NCBI GenBank assembly: GCA_045585835.1
Contig: JAZMZG010000016.1
Span: forward strand, 46,099-110,098
Length of the DNA stretch: 64,000 nt
Direction: 5' to 3'
Origin: Eubacteriales bacterium
GTDB taxonomy: Bacteria; Bacillota; Clostridia; Oscillospirales; CAG-272
Below the pieces are notes generated by a model. It searched no databases. It saw nothing but the letters and a program-made list of their open reading frames with translations, and was not told the DNA's origin. This document shows positions 8,964 through 17,098 of the stretch, piece after piece (position 1 is the first letter of the stretch; each line of letters opens with the position of its first letter). The translations under genes and the position numbers were made by a program.

Positions 8964-9976
8964 TGGAAACGAAGATATACGAAAGCTCCGATAAAGAGGG
9001 TGTGGCACTTTGCGGTAAAATCATCGCATCGGGCGGCATAGTTGCTTTCCCTACGGAAACGGTATACGGACTCGGTTGCAGTGCATACGACGGCGAAGCC
9101 GCAAAAAAGGTGTTTGACGCCAAAGGACGCCCCGGTGACAACCCGCTTATAGTGCATATAGCGGACAAGGCGGATATAGAAAGAATCGCTTTCCAAACAC
9201 AGCTTTCTAAAAAGCTTGCGGACGCCTTTATGCCGGGCCCGTTTACGATGATACTTCCGAAAAAAGATGTTATACCGAGCGAAGTGACGGCGGGGCTCGA
9301 TACGGTTGCGATACGTTTTCCCGAAAGCCGCGAGGCGCTTGAGCTCATAAAGGCGGCGGGTGTGCCTATTGCGGCACCCTCTGCAAATATTTCGGGAAGG
9401 CCGAGTCCCACGAGAGCAAGCCACGTAATAGAAGACCTCTCGGGCAGAGTTGACGCTATAATAAGCGGTGCCGACTGCAAGGTGGGACTTGAATCAACGG
9501 TGGTTGCCGTAAAGGAGCAAGGAGTCCTTCTTTGCAGACCGGGAAAGATAACTCCCGAGGATATAGAGGCGCTCGGAATAAAGGTAGAGATACCCGAAAA
9601 CCTAAACCGTACGGCAGGTGACGGGGAGAGGGTGATATCGCCCGGAATGAAATATAAGCATTACGCACCCAAAGGAAAGCTTATTCTTTTGGAGGGTGAC
9701 GGCACTTTGGAAAGGCTTGTAAAGGAAAAGGAAAATGGCTGCGGCATAATCTGCTTTGATGAGGATATGGAGCTCCTTGCGGGTGTACTTACCGTATCAC
9801 TCGGAAGAAAAGAGGACAGTGAAAGCCACGCAGAGCGTCTTTTTGCGGCGCTTAGGTTTTTTGACTCGGAAAATACCGAAACGATATATTCGAGAGTACC
9901 AAAAAAGAGCGGAGTCGGACTTGCGGTATATAACCGTATACTCAAGGCGGCGGGAAGCAGAGTGGAAAAGCTATGA
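8963..9976 (+). CDS. tsaC: L-threonylcarbamoyladenylate synthase (Sua5/YwlC/TsaC, long form)
   Basis: FPTETVYGLG, KGRPGDNPLIVHI, APSANISGRPSPT. The start overlaps the prfA stop (TGATG); GTG 8960 is an alternative start. Confidence 0.9.
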   Translation: METKIYESSDKEGVALCGKIIASGGIVAFPTETVYGLGCSAYDGEAAKKVFDAKGRPGDNPLIVHIADKADIERIAFQTQLSKKLADAFMPGPFTMILPKKDVIPSEVTAGLDTVAIRFPESREALELIKAAGVPIAAPSANISGRPSPTRASHVIEDLSGRVDAIISGADCKVGLESTVVAVKEQGVLLCRPGKITPEDIEALGIKVEIPENLNRTAGDGERVISPGMKYKHYAPKGKLILLEGDGTLERLVKEKENGCGIICFDEDMELLAGVLTVSLGRKEDSESHAERLFAALRFFDSENTETIYSRVPKKSGVGLAVYNRILKAAGSRVEKL

Positions 9977-10569
9977 AGATTATAGGAATCGTAGGCGGAA
10001 GCGGAGCGGGTAAGAGCCTTTTTTGCTCTCTTTTGGAAAAAGAGGGAATACCTACCGTTAATACGGACATAACCGCACGTGAGGTAGTAAAAAAGGGAAG
10101 TCCTTGCCTTAAAGAACTATGTAATTTTTTTGGTGACGGAATACTTCTTGAAAACGGAGAGCTTAACAGAAAAGCTCTTGCAAATATAGCTTTTTCGGAC
10201 GAAAAAAAACACGAAAAGCTAAACTCCATAACGCATTTTTACATAATCAGAGAGGTTGAAAAATGGCTTCTTGATTGTGAAAAGGACGGCGCCTTCGCCG
10301 CTTGTATAGACGCACCGCTTTTATTTGAAAGCGGACTTGATAAGATATGTTTTGAAACGGTGGCGATAATTTCGCCCAAAAAGGACAGAATAAAGCGTAT
10401 ATGCGTGCGTGACGGAATTGACGAAAAGGACGCACTTGTTCGCATAAACTCGCAAAAAAGCGACGACGAACTCAAGCTTCTTTGTACGAGAGTGGTTGAA
10501 AATACCGGTGACTTGGAAGAGTTTTCAAGTAAAGCAAAGGAGCTTGCAAAAATCTACAGGGAGGAATAA
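9973..10569 (+). CDS. coaE: Dephospho-CoA kinase
   Basis: P-loop IGIVGGSGAGKS, DAPLLFESG, length 198 aa. ATGA overlap with tsaC. Confidence 0.9.
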   Translation: MKIIGIVGGSGAGKSLFCSLLEKEGIPTVNTDITAREVVKKGSPCLKELCNFFGDGILLENGELNRKALANIAFSDEKKHEKLNSITHFYIIREVEKWLLDCEKDGAFAACIDAPLLFESGLDKICFETVAIISPKKDRIKRICVRDGIDEKDALVRINSQKSDDELKLLCTRVVENTGDLEEFSSKAKELAKIYREE

Positions 10570-10572
10570 GCA

Positions 10573-11145
10573 TTGAAAAAATTTTTTGCATTTTTTCTGA
10601 TAGTTGCCATATCGGTCGGCATAGGCTACGGCGTACAGCGCTTTGAAGAGCATATGGTAAAAAGAAATCACCCCCTGGAATATACGGAATACGTCGAAAA
10701 ATACGCAGCGCAGTACGATATACCCAAGGCGCTTCTTTATTCGGTCATAAAGTGCGAAAGTGCCTTCGACCCCGAGGCAAAATCCCGTGTGGGCGCAAGA
10801 GGGCTTATGCAGCTTATGCCAAAGACCTTCGAGGAGATGGCAAAAAGGCAAGGCGAGGAATTTGATGAGGAGCTTATGTATGACCCCGAAACGAGCATCC
10901 GTTACGGCTCGTATTATTTGAATTATCTATACGATATTTTCGGTGATTGGAAGCTTGTTTTGGCGGCATATAACGGCGGTATGGGAAACGTCCGAAAGTG
11001 GATGGAGGACAGCGAATATTTTGACGGCGTAAAGATAATCAAATACCCCAAGGGATTTGGAGAAACAGAGAAATACGTCGAAAAAGTTACAGAGGCGGAA
11101 AAGGTATATACGCAGCTTTGGTTCAAAGATAACAATAACAAATGA
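10573..11145 (+). CDS. Lytic transglycosylase (SLT domain) with an N-terminal membrane anchor
   Basis: IKCESAFDPEAKSRVGARGLMQLMP and AAYNGG motifs. TTG start. Confidence 0.85.
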   Translation: MKKFFAFFLIVAISVGIGYGVQRFEEHMVKRNHPLEYTEYVEKYAAQYDIPKALLYSVIKCESAFDPEAKSRVGARGLMQLMPKTFEEMAKRQGEEFDEELMYDPETSIRYGSYYLNYLYDIFGDWKLVLAAYNGGMGNVRKWMEDSEYFDGVKIIKYPKGFGETEKYVEKVTEAEKVYTQLWFKDNNNK

Positions 11146-11158
11146 GGAGGAACTTTAA

Positions 11159-12553
11159 ATGGCGGCAGAGGCTTTAAAGAAGGAACTTTTTGAGGATAAC
11201 AAAAGCGCATTTTTGAGAATGGACGACGAAACGGTAAAGGCGTGCTACGATTACGCCGAGGGATATAAGGCGTTTCTTGATAAAGGCAAGACGGAAAGAG
11301 AAGTGGTTGCATATTCTGTAGCACTTCTTGAAAAGGAAGGCTTCAAAAAATACGAATACGGAATGAAGCTTTCGGCGGGGGATAAGATATATTTTAACAA
11401 CAGAGATAAGAATATATTTGCGGGAATTATCGGCACCGAAAGCTTTGATAACGGTTTTACGATAGCGGCGGCGCACGTGGACTCTCCCCGACTTGATTTA
11501 AAGCAGCATCCCCTTTTTGAAAAGGACGGAATGTGCTTTTTGAAAACGCATTATTACGGTGGTATAAAGAAGTATCAGTGGACGGCTATCCCTCTTGCTC
11601 TTCACGGCAGAGTTTGCCTTTCCGACGGCAGCTTCAAGGATATCGTTATCGGTGAAAAAGAGGACGATCCCGTATTTTATATAAACGATCTTCTTCCTCA
11701 TCTCGGCGCAGAGCAGATGTCAAAGAAGGCGTCCGAGATAATCGAGGGCGAGGCGCTCAACCTCCTTTGCGCAAGCAGAGAATACAAGGACGGCGACGAG
11801 GAGATATCAGAGGCGATAAAGCTCGGTGTGCTCAAATATCTCAAGGACAACTACGGTATGGTCGAGGCGGATTTCGTTTGTGCCGAGCTTGAAGCCGTAC
11901 CAGCATTTAAGGCAAAAGACGTAGGCTTTGACAGAAGTATGATAGGCGCATACGGCCACGACGACAGAGTTTGCGCATATCCAGCACTCACGGCGCTTAT
12001 AGACGCAAAGAGCGTAAAAAGAAGCGCATTCGTCGTACTTGCCGATAAGGAAGAAACGGGAAGCGACGGTAACACGGGTATGCAAAGTGATGCGTTCTTC
12101 AATATAATCGACGATATTATCGCCGGCTTTGGCGTAAACAAGGCAAAGACGTATGCAAATTCCGAGTGCCTTTCCGCAGACGTAAACGCTTGCTACGACC
12201 CCAATTTTGCGGGAGTTTTCGAGAGAATGAACTCATCGTTTATCAATAAGGGCGTAGTAATGACGAAGTTCACGGGTGCAAGAGGAAAGGGCGGTACCTC
12301 TGATGCAAGTGCGGAATTTGTAGGCAAAATAAGCCGTATATTCAATAAGGCGGGCGTTATTTGGCAGACGGGCGAGCTTGGTAAAATCGACGCAGGCGGC
12401 GGCGGAACGGTCGCAAAATATATAGCGAATAAGAATATTGATACGGTTGATATCGGCGTTGCAGTGGTTTCAATGCACGCACCGTATGAGGTCATATCAA
12501 AGGCGGACCTATATATGACCTATAAAGGAATCCTCGCATTTTTCAAAGCGTAG
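11159..12553 (+). CDS. M18 family aminopeptidase
   Basis: AAHVDSPRLDLK, LADKEETGSDGNTG, SMHAPYE; length 464 aa. Confidence 0.85.
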   Translation: MAAEALKKELFEDNKSAFLRMDDETVKACYDYAEGYKAFLDKGKTEREVVAYSVALLEKEGFKKYEYGMKLSAGDKIYFNNRDKNIFAGIIGTESFDNGFTIAAAHVDSPRLDLKQHPLFEKDGMCFLKTHYYGGIKKYQWTAIPLALHGRVCLSDGSFKDIVIGEKEDDPVFYINDLLPHLGAEQMSKKASEIIEGEALNLLCASREYKDGDEEISEAIKLGVLKYLKDNYGMVEADFVCAELEAVPAFKAKDVGFDRSMIGAYGHDDRVCAYPALTALIDAKSVKRSAFVVLADKEETGSDGNTGMQSDAFFNIIDDIIAGFGVNKAKTYANSECLSADVNACYDPNFAGVFERMNSSFINKGVVMTKFTGARGKGGTSDASAEFVGKISRIFNKAGVIWQTGELGKIDAGGGGTVAKYIANKNIDTVDIGVAVVSMHAPYEVISKADLYMTYKGILAFFKA

Positions 12554-12631
12554 AGCTGTGTCGAAAAGCTAACTTTCGGCATATTATGAAAGTGCAATGA
12601 CACCTCGTACGGAAAGCACGGAAAATTTTCC

Positions 12632-12659
12632 TTGACATATTTTTATTTTAGTGTAAAAT
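12632..12659 (+). promoter_or_regulatory. Sigma-A type promoter of murA
   Basis: TTGACA (12632-12637), 16-nt spacer, TAAAAT (12654-12659). Confidence 0.5.
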
Positions 12660-12738
12660 AGGTATGATAGGGATATTTTATCCGTGAACTTTGCATTCCC
12701 CCCTTTCACAAAGGTGTTTAATATAAAGGAGGATTTCC

Positions 12739-14025
12739 GTGGAAAAATATGTCGTTACCGGTGGCAGAAAGCTCTCCGGTGCCGTTGAGATAAGCGGTAT
12801 GAAAAATTCCGCAGTTGCTATAATATTCGGAACGATTCTTTGCAGAGATGTCTGCGTTATCGAGAACGTTCCTCAAATACAGGACGTCAATCTTTCGCTT
12901 GAGATACTCAGAAGTATGGGAGTATCCGTCAAGATGATAAATAAAAATACGGTGGAGATCGATTCTACGAATATGGACCTTGATCTCGTGCCATACGACC
13001 TCGTTCGCAAGATGCGTGCCTCGTATTACCTTTTGGGTGCGGAGCTTGGCAGATGCGGAAGAGCCTATACGGGCTTTCCCGGCGGTTGCGATTTCGGTGT
13101 AAGACCTATCGACCAGCACATCAAGGGCTTTGAGGAGCTTGGTGCTACGGTAAACGTCGAGGGCGGTTATATCGAGGCGAAATACGAGGGCGGAAAGAGC
13201 AAGGGTGCATCGGTATACCTTGACGTCATTTCGGTAGGTGCAACGATAAACATAATGCTTGCGGCTGTTTGCACGAGCGGTACGACTGTAATTGAAAACG
13301 CCGCAAAGGAACCCCATGTGGTAGATACGGCAAACTTTCTAAATTCCTGCGGCGCAGACGTTAAGGGTGCAGGCACGGACATTATCAAAATAAAAGGCGT
13401 GGAAAAGCTCCACGGCTGTAGCTATGCCATAATTCCCGATATGATAGAGGCGGGTACATATATGACGATGGCGGCGGCGACGGGCAGCACGGTCACGATA
13501 AACAACGTAATTCCCAAGCACCTTGAATCAATAACGGCAAAGCTTGAGGAGATGGGCGTTGAAATAGAAGAGCTTGACGAGTCGATTATCGTAAGAGCTC
13601 CCGAAAAGCTTTCGAAGGCTATCGTAAAGACACAGCCTTATCCGGGATTTCCTACGGATATGCAACCGCAGATCTGCGTTTTGCAATGCCTTGCAGACGG
13701 ACTTTCTCTTCTCTCGGAGAACGTTTGGGATAACCGTTTCAGATACGTTGATGAGCTTCGCAGAATGGGTGCGAAGATAAAGGTCGAGGGAAAGACTGCG
13801 ATGATAGAAGGTCCCGTAAAGCTTTCGGCGGCAAAGGTAAAGGCAGTTGACCTTCGTGCAGGTGCGGCGATGATAGTAGCGGCTCTTGCGGCAAACGGCA
13901 CGACGGAGATCGAGAATATTTACAGCATTCAGAGAGGATATGAGGATATCGAAGAAAAGCTCCTTGCTCTCGGTGCGGATTTCAAGTACATTTACGAACC
14001 CGATCCCATAGAGCTTGCGGAGTAA
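12739..14025 (+). CDS. murA: UDP-N-acetylglucosamine 1-carboxyvinyltransferase
   Basis: GTG start after AAAGGAGGA. SGMKNSAVAII, and PGGCDFGVRPIDQH carrying the catalytic Cys. Confidence 0.95.
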   Translation: MEKYVVTGGRKLSGAVEISGMKNSAVAIIFGTILCRDVCVIENVPQIQDVNLSLEILRSMGVSVKMINKNTVEIDSTNMDLDLVPYDLVRKMRASYYLLGAELGRCGRAYTGFPGGCDFGVRPIDQHIKGFEELGATVNVEGGYIEAKYEGGKSKGASVYLDVISVGATINIMLAAVCTSGTTVIENAAKEPHVVDTANFLNSCGADVKGAGTDIIKIKGVEKLHGCSYAIIPDMIEAGTYMTMAAATGSTVTINNVIPKHLESITAKLEEMGVEIEELDESIIVRAPEKLSKAIVKTQPYPGFPTDMQPQICVLQCLADGLSLLSENVWDNRFRYVDELRRMGAKIKVEGKTAMIEGPVKLSAAKVKAVDLRAGAAMIVAALAANGTTEIENIYSIQRGYEDIEEKLLALGADFKYIYEPDPIELAE

Positions 14026-14034
14026 TTTATAGTT

Positions 14035-14070
14035 AAAAAAGGGAACGGCACTGCCGTTCCCTTTGATTTT
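14035..14070 (+). terminator. Intrinsic terminator after murA
   Basis: GGGAACGG-CACTG-CCGTTCCC followed by TTTGATTTT. Confidence 0.75.
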
Positions 14071-14082
14071 AAAGAGGTATAT

Positions 14083-16074
14083 ATGACCGATATAAGAAAA
14101 GAGATGGACGAGCTTTCGAAAAAGCTTACCTATCACAGCAGAAAATATTATATAGAAGACAGCCCCGAGATAAGCGACTATGAATACGATATGATGTTCG
14201 AGCGATTAAAAAAGCTTGAGAGCGAGTATCCGGAGCTTGCAAAAGCGGATTCTCCTACAAGACTTGTCGGCGGTGCGGCGCTCGATAAATTCGAAAAGAG
14301 TGAGCATATAGTACCGCTTAAAAGCCTTTCCGACGTTTTTTCGTATGATCAGCTTCGCGACTATCTTGCGGGCGTTGAAAAAGAGCTTGGATATTTTCCC
14401 GAGTTTTCCGTTGAGGATAAGATAGACGGCCTTTCCGTTGCACTTGAATACCGATACGGAAAATTTATAAAGGGCGCAACGAGAGGTGACGGAAATATAG
14501 GCGAGGACGTTACGGAAAACCTCAAAACTATATCGTCCATACCTATGGAGCTTTGCGGCGCCGACGGTATACCGCTTCTTGTCGTAAGGGGCGAAGTCTA
14601 TATGCCCAAAGCGTCGTTTGAGCGCAATAACAGAGAGCGTGAGAAAAGCGGCGAAAAGCTGCTTGCAAATCCACGTAACGCCGCTGCGGGTGCTCTTCGT
14701 CAGCTTGACCCGAAGGTAGCGGCAAAAAGAGGCCTTGACATCTTCATATTCAATATTCAGTATATTGAGGGCGAAAGCCCCAAGACGCACAAGGAAAGTC
14801 TTGATATGGTAAAAGCTCTCGGCTTTACGGTTCTTCCCTCATACAGAGTATTTTCGGATGCTGAAAGCATAATAAAGGAAGTTGAACGTATAGGCGAAGA
14901 AAGAGGCGAGCTTGCCTTCGATATAGACGGTGCGGTAATAAAGGCAAACGATTTTTCCGTAAGAAGCGCACTCGGCGAAAACACGAATACGCCGAAATGG
15001 GCGGTTGCGTATAAATATCCGCCCGAGAAGAAATATACGAAGCTTCTCGGTATAAGCGTAAACGTAGGCAGAACAGGAGTTATTACCCCCGTTGCACGTT
15101 TTGAACCGGTGAAGCTTTCGGGCTCAATTGTGCAAAATGCTGTGCTTCATAACGAGGATTTTATAAAGAAGCTTGATTTACGCATCGGTGATAGGATACT
15201 CGTGCAAAAGGCGGGAGAGATAATTCCCGAGGTACTTTCAGTAGATAAAGATGCAAGAAACGGAAGCGAAAAGAAGTTTTCGATGCCTACGGTATGCCCC
15301 TCGTGTAACGAGCCGCTTTTCAGAGATGAAAACGAGGCGGCGCTTCGTTGTACAAACAGCGCATGCCCCGCACAAGCAGAGCGTAATATAATCCACTTCG
15401 CATCAAGAAATGCGATGAATATAGAAGGACTCGGTCAGGCAGTTGTAGCTTTGTTTTTGAATGAAGGAATTATAAAGGACAGCGCCGACCTGTATGAGAT
15501 GGATTATGAGAAGATAGCAAGCCTTGAGGGATTCGGCGAAAAATCGGCAAATAATCTGCGCAAGGCTATAGAAAACTCAAAAAGCGCCGACCTTGCAAAG
15601 CTCATATTTGCACTTGGTATATCCAACGTAGGCGAAAAGGCGGCAAAAACTCTTGCTGTGAAATTCGGAAGTCTTGACAAGTTTGAAAAAGCAAAAATGG
15701 AGGAGCTTTGCCAAATAGACGACGTCGGAGAAATAACCGCAAAGTCAATAGTAGACTTTTTCTCGCTGGAAAAAAATATACTGCTTATAGAAAGACTTAA
15801 AGGACTTGGACTTAATACGGAGTGTAAAATAGAAAAGGCAGGGGAGCTTTTTGAAGGAATGACGTTTGTTTTGACGGGAACACTGCCTACACTTTCAAGA
15901 AGCGAAGCTTCGGAAATGATAGAAAAGCAAGGCGGAAAGTGTTCCGGAAGCGTTTCGAAAAAGACAAGCATAGTCCTTGCGGGCGAGGATGCAGGCTCAA
16001 AGCTCACAAAGGCTAAAGAGCTTGGCATAAGGATAATCGACGAGGAAGAATTTTTAAAAATGCTCGGAAATTAA
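14083..16074 (+). CDS. ligA: NAD-dependent DNA ligase
   Basis: Adenylation motif EDKIDGLS, four-Cys zinc finger CPSC...C..SAC, HhH region and C-terminal BRCT (FVLTGTL). Confidence 0.95.
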   Translation: MTDIRKEMDELSKKLTYHSRKYYIEDSPEISDYEYDMMFERLKKLESEYPELAKADSPTRLVGGAALDKFEKSEHIVPLKSLSDVFSYDQLRDYLAGVEKELGYFPEFSVEDKIDGLSVALEYRYGKFIKGATRGDGNIGEDVTENLKTISSIPMELCGADGIPLLVVRGEVYMPKASFERNNREREKSGEKLLANPRNAAAGALRQLDPKVAAKRGLDIFIFNIQYIEGESPKTHKESLDMVKALGFTVLPSYRVFSDAESIIKEVERIGEERGELAFDIDGAVIKANDFSVRSALGENTNTPKWAVAYKYPPEKKYTKLLGISVNVGRTGVITPVARFEPVKLSGSIVQNAVLHNEDFIKKLDLRIGDRILVQKAGEIIPEVLSVDKDARNGSEKKFSMPTVCPSCNEPLFRDENEAALRCTNSACPAQAERNIIHFASRNAMNIEGLGQAVVALFLNEGIIKDSADLYEMDYEKIASLEGFGEKSANNLRKAIENSKSADLAKLIFALGISNVGEKAAKTLAVKFGSLDKFEKAKMEELCQIDDVGEITAKSIVDFFSLEKNILLIERLKGLGLNTECKIEKAGELFEGMTFVLTGTLPTLSRSEASEMIEKQGGKCSGSVSKKTSIVLAGEDAGSKLTKAKELGIRIIDEEEFLKMLGN

Positions 16075-16088
16075 GGTAATATAAATGA

Positions 16089-16135
16089 AACAGAGGCTTT
16101 TGCATCACACGTGCAAAGGCCTCTGTTATTGTATT
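16089..16135. terminator. Hairpin terminator shared by ligA and the convergent XRE gene
   Basis: AACAGAGGCTTTTGCA / TGCAAAGGCCTCTGTT arms. Overlaps the XRE stop codon. Confidence 0.6.
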
Positions 16136-16335
16136 TTGGGATTGTCACTGAGTTCCAGAATGTAATCTACCGAAACGCCGTAAAAACGGGAAAGTTTTAT
16201 AAGAATATCCGTGGGAATGTCGCGCTGTCCAAGCTCGTAATTGCTGTACACCTGCTGTGAGCAATTAAGCGCCGCCGAGACCTGCTTTTGAGTGAGGTCG
16301 CTGTCCTCCCGTAAGTCGCGGATCCTCTTATACAT
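16126..16335 (-). CDS. XRE-family helix-turn-helix transcriptional regulator (69 aa)
   Basis: IRDLREDSDLTQKQVSAALNCSQQVYSNYELGQRDIPTDILIKLSRFYGVSVDYIL is a typical HTH_3 pattern. Confidence 0.85.
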   Translation of the reverse strand: MYKRIRDLREDSDLTQKQVSAALNCSQQVYSNYELGQRDIPTDILIKLSRFYGVSVDYILELSDNPKIQ

Positions 16336-16381
16336 ATCTCCCTCCGAATTTAACGTTAATAGTATATGACTATTATACCAA

Positions 16382-16420
16382 ACCGCAAATTGCGGTATTG
16401 ACTTTTACTGCAAATTGAGG
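16382..16420. promoter_or_regulatory. Operator candidates: perfect palindrome ACCGCAAATTGCGGT plus a related copy CTGCAAATTGAGG
   Basis: Palindrome at 16382-16396. The second copy (16408-16420) matches at 11 of 13 positions and lies in the promoter spacer. Confidence 0.5.
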
Positions 16421-16426
16421 TAAAAT
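16398..16426 (+). promoter_or_regulatory. Sigma-A type promoter of the hypothetical / surface-protein operon
   Basis: TTGACT, 17-nt spacer, TAAAAT. Confidence 0.55.
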
Positions 16427-16456
16427 GTGTGTCAAAGAAAGATTAGGAGGATTTTA

Positions 16457-17098
16457 ATGAAATACGAACAGAATGGAAATTTGTCTGTTGAAGTTATTTT
16501 AACGGAATTTTTCAAAAAAATCAATGCTCGCTTTTATTCGTGGGAAGATTGTCATAGGGCATTTTCCGAAATACGCGAAAAAGGTTATCAAAAGACGGAC
16601 AGGGAAAAATTGGCCTTACATCTTGCGGGATATTTGGCAAGTTACGGAATGTACCGAGGCTCGTCGCCGCTTTTGCAAAAATACAAATATCTTATTCATA
16701 ATGGTGTGGTAGATATAATTATGGATGAAAAATATTCGGATTTGTTTGCAATAGATGAGAAAAACTTTGCGGAAAAAACAGATAAAATCAAAGCGGTATA
16801 TGACGATATTAAAAAATATTACAGAAATCTTGGGTTTGATGCGAGCAAGACACTTATAACGAAGATATTGCTCGGCACTTATTGTTGTGTTCCTGCGTAT
16901 GATACGTTCTTTGTTAAAGGACTTTCAAAATGCGGCATTAAAAATTGCGGTTTTGAAAAATTAGGCAGTTGGCTGAACAGCAACCCGAAATTTATCGAAG
17001 ATTTGATTTCATTTTCCGATAAAGAACAGCTTAATTATCCGCTTATGAAATTGGTGGATATGTATTTTTGGGAGATGGGAGTAGGAGAAAACAAATGA
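16457..17098 (+). CDS. Hypothetical cytoplasmic protein (213 aa), no family recognised
   Basis: ATG 16457 follows AGGAGG. No signal peptide. Visibly AT-rich coding sequence. The stop overlaps the next start (ATGA at 17095-17098). Confidence 0.65.
   Translation: MKYEQNGNLSVEVILTEFFKKINARFYSWEDCHRAFSEIREKGYQKTDREKLALHLAGYLASYGMYRGSSPLLQKYKYLIHNGVVDIIMDEKYSDLFAIDEKNFAEKTDKIKAVYDDIKKYYRNLGFDASKTLITKILLGTYCCVPAYDTFFVKGLSKCGIKNCGFEKLGSWLNSNPKFIEDLISFSDKEQLNYPLMKLVDMYFWEMGVGENK

Noticed and set aside
12718-14136. Two 199-202 aa ORFs antisense to murA.
   Set aside because: The translations are Arg/Tyr/Leu-rich with no motifs and lie wholly inside a well-supported conserved gene. The same applies to 14206-14790 inside ligA and to 8816-9480 inside tsaC.
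16457-17098. An Rx5H string (REKLALH) in the 213-aa unknown protein that could be read as a HEPN nuclease motif.
   Set aside because: A single short pattern occurs often by chance, and I see no other HEPN hallmarks. It needs a profile search before any such claim.
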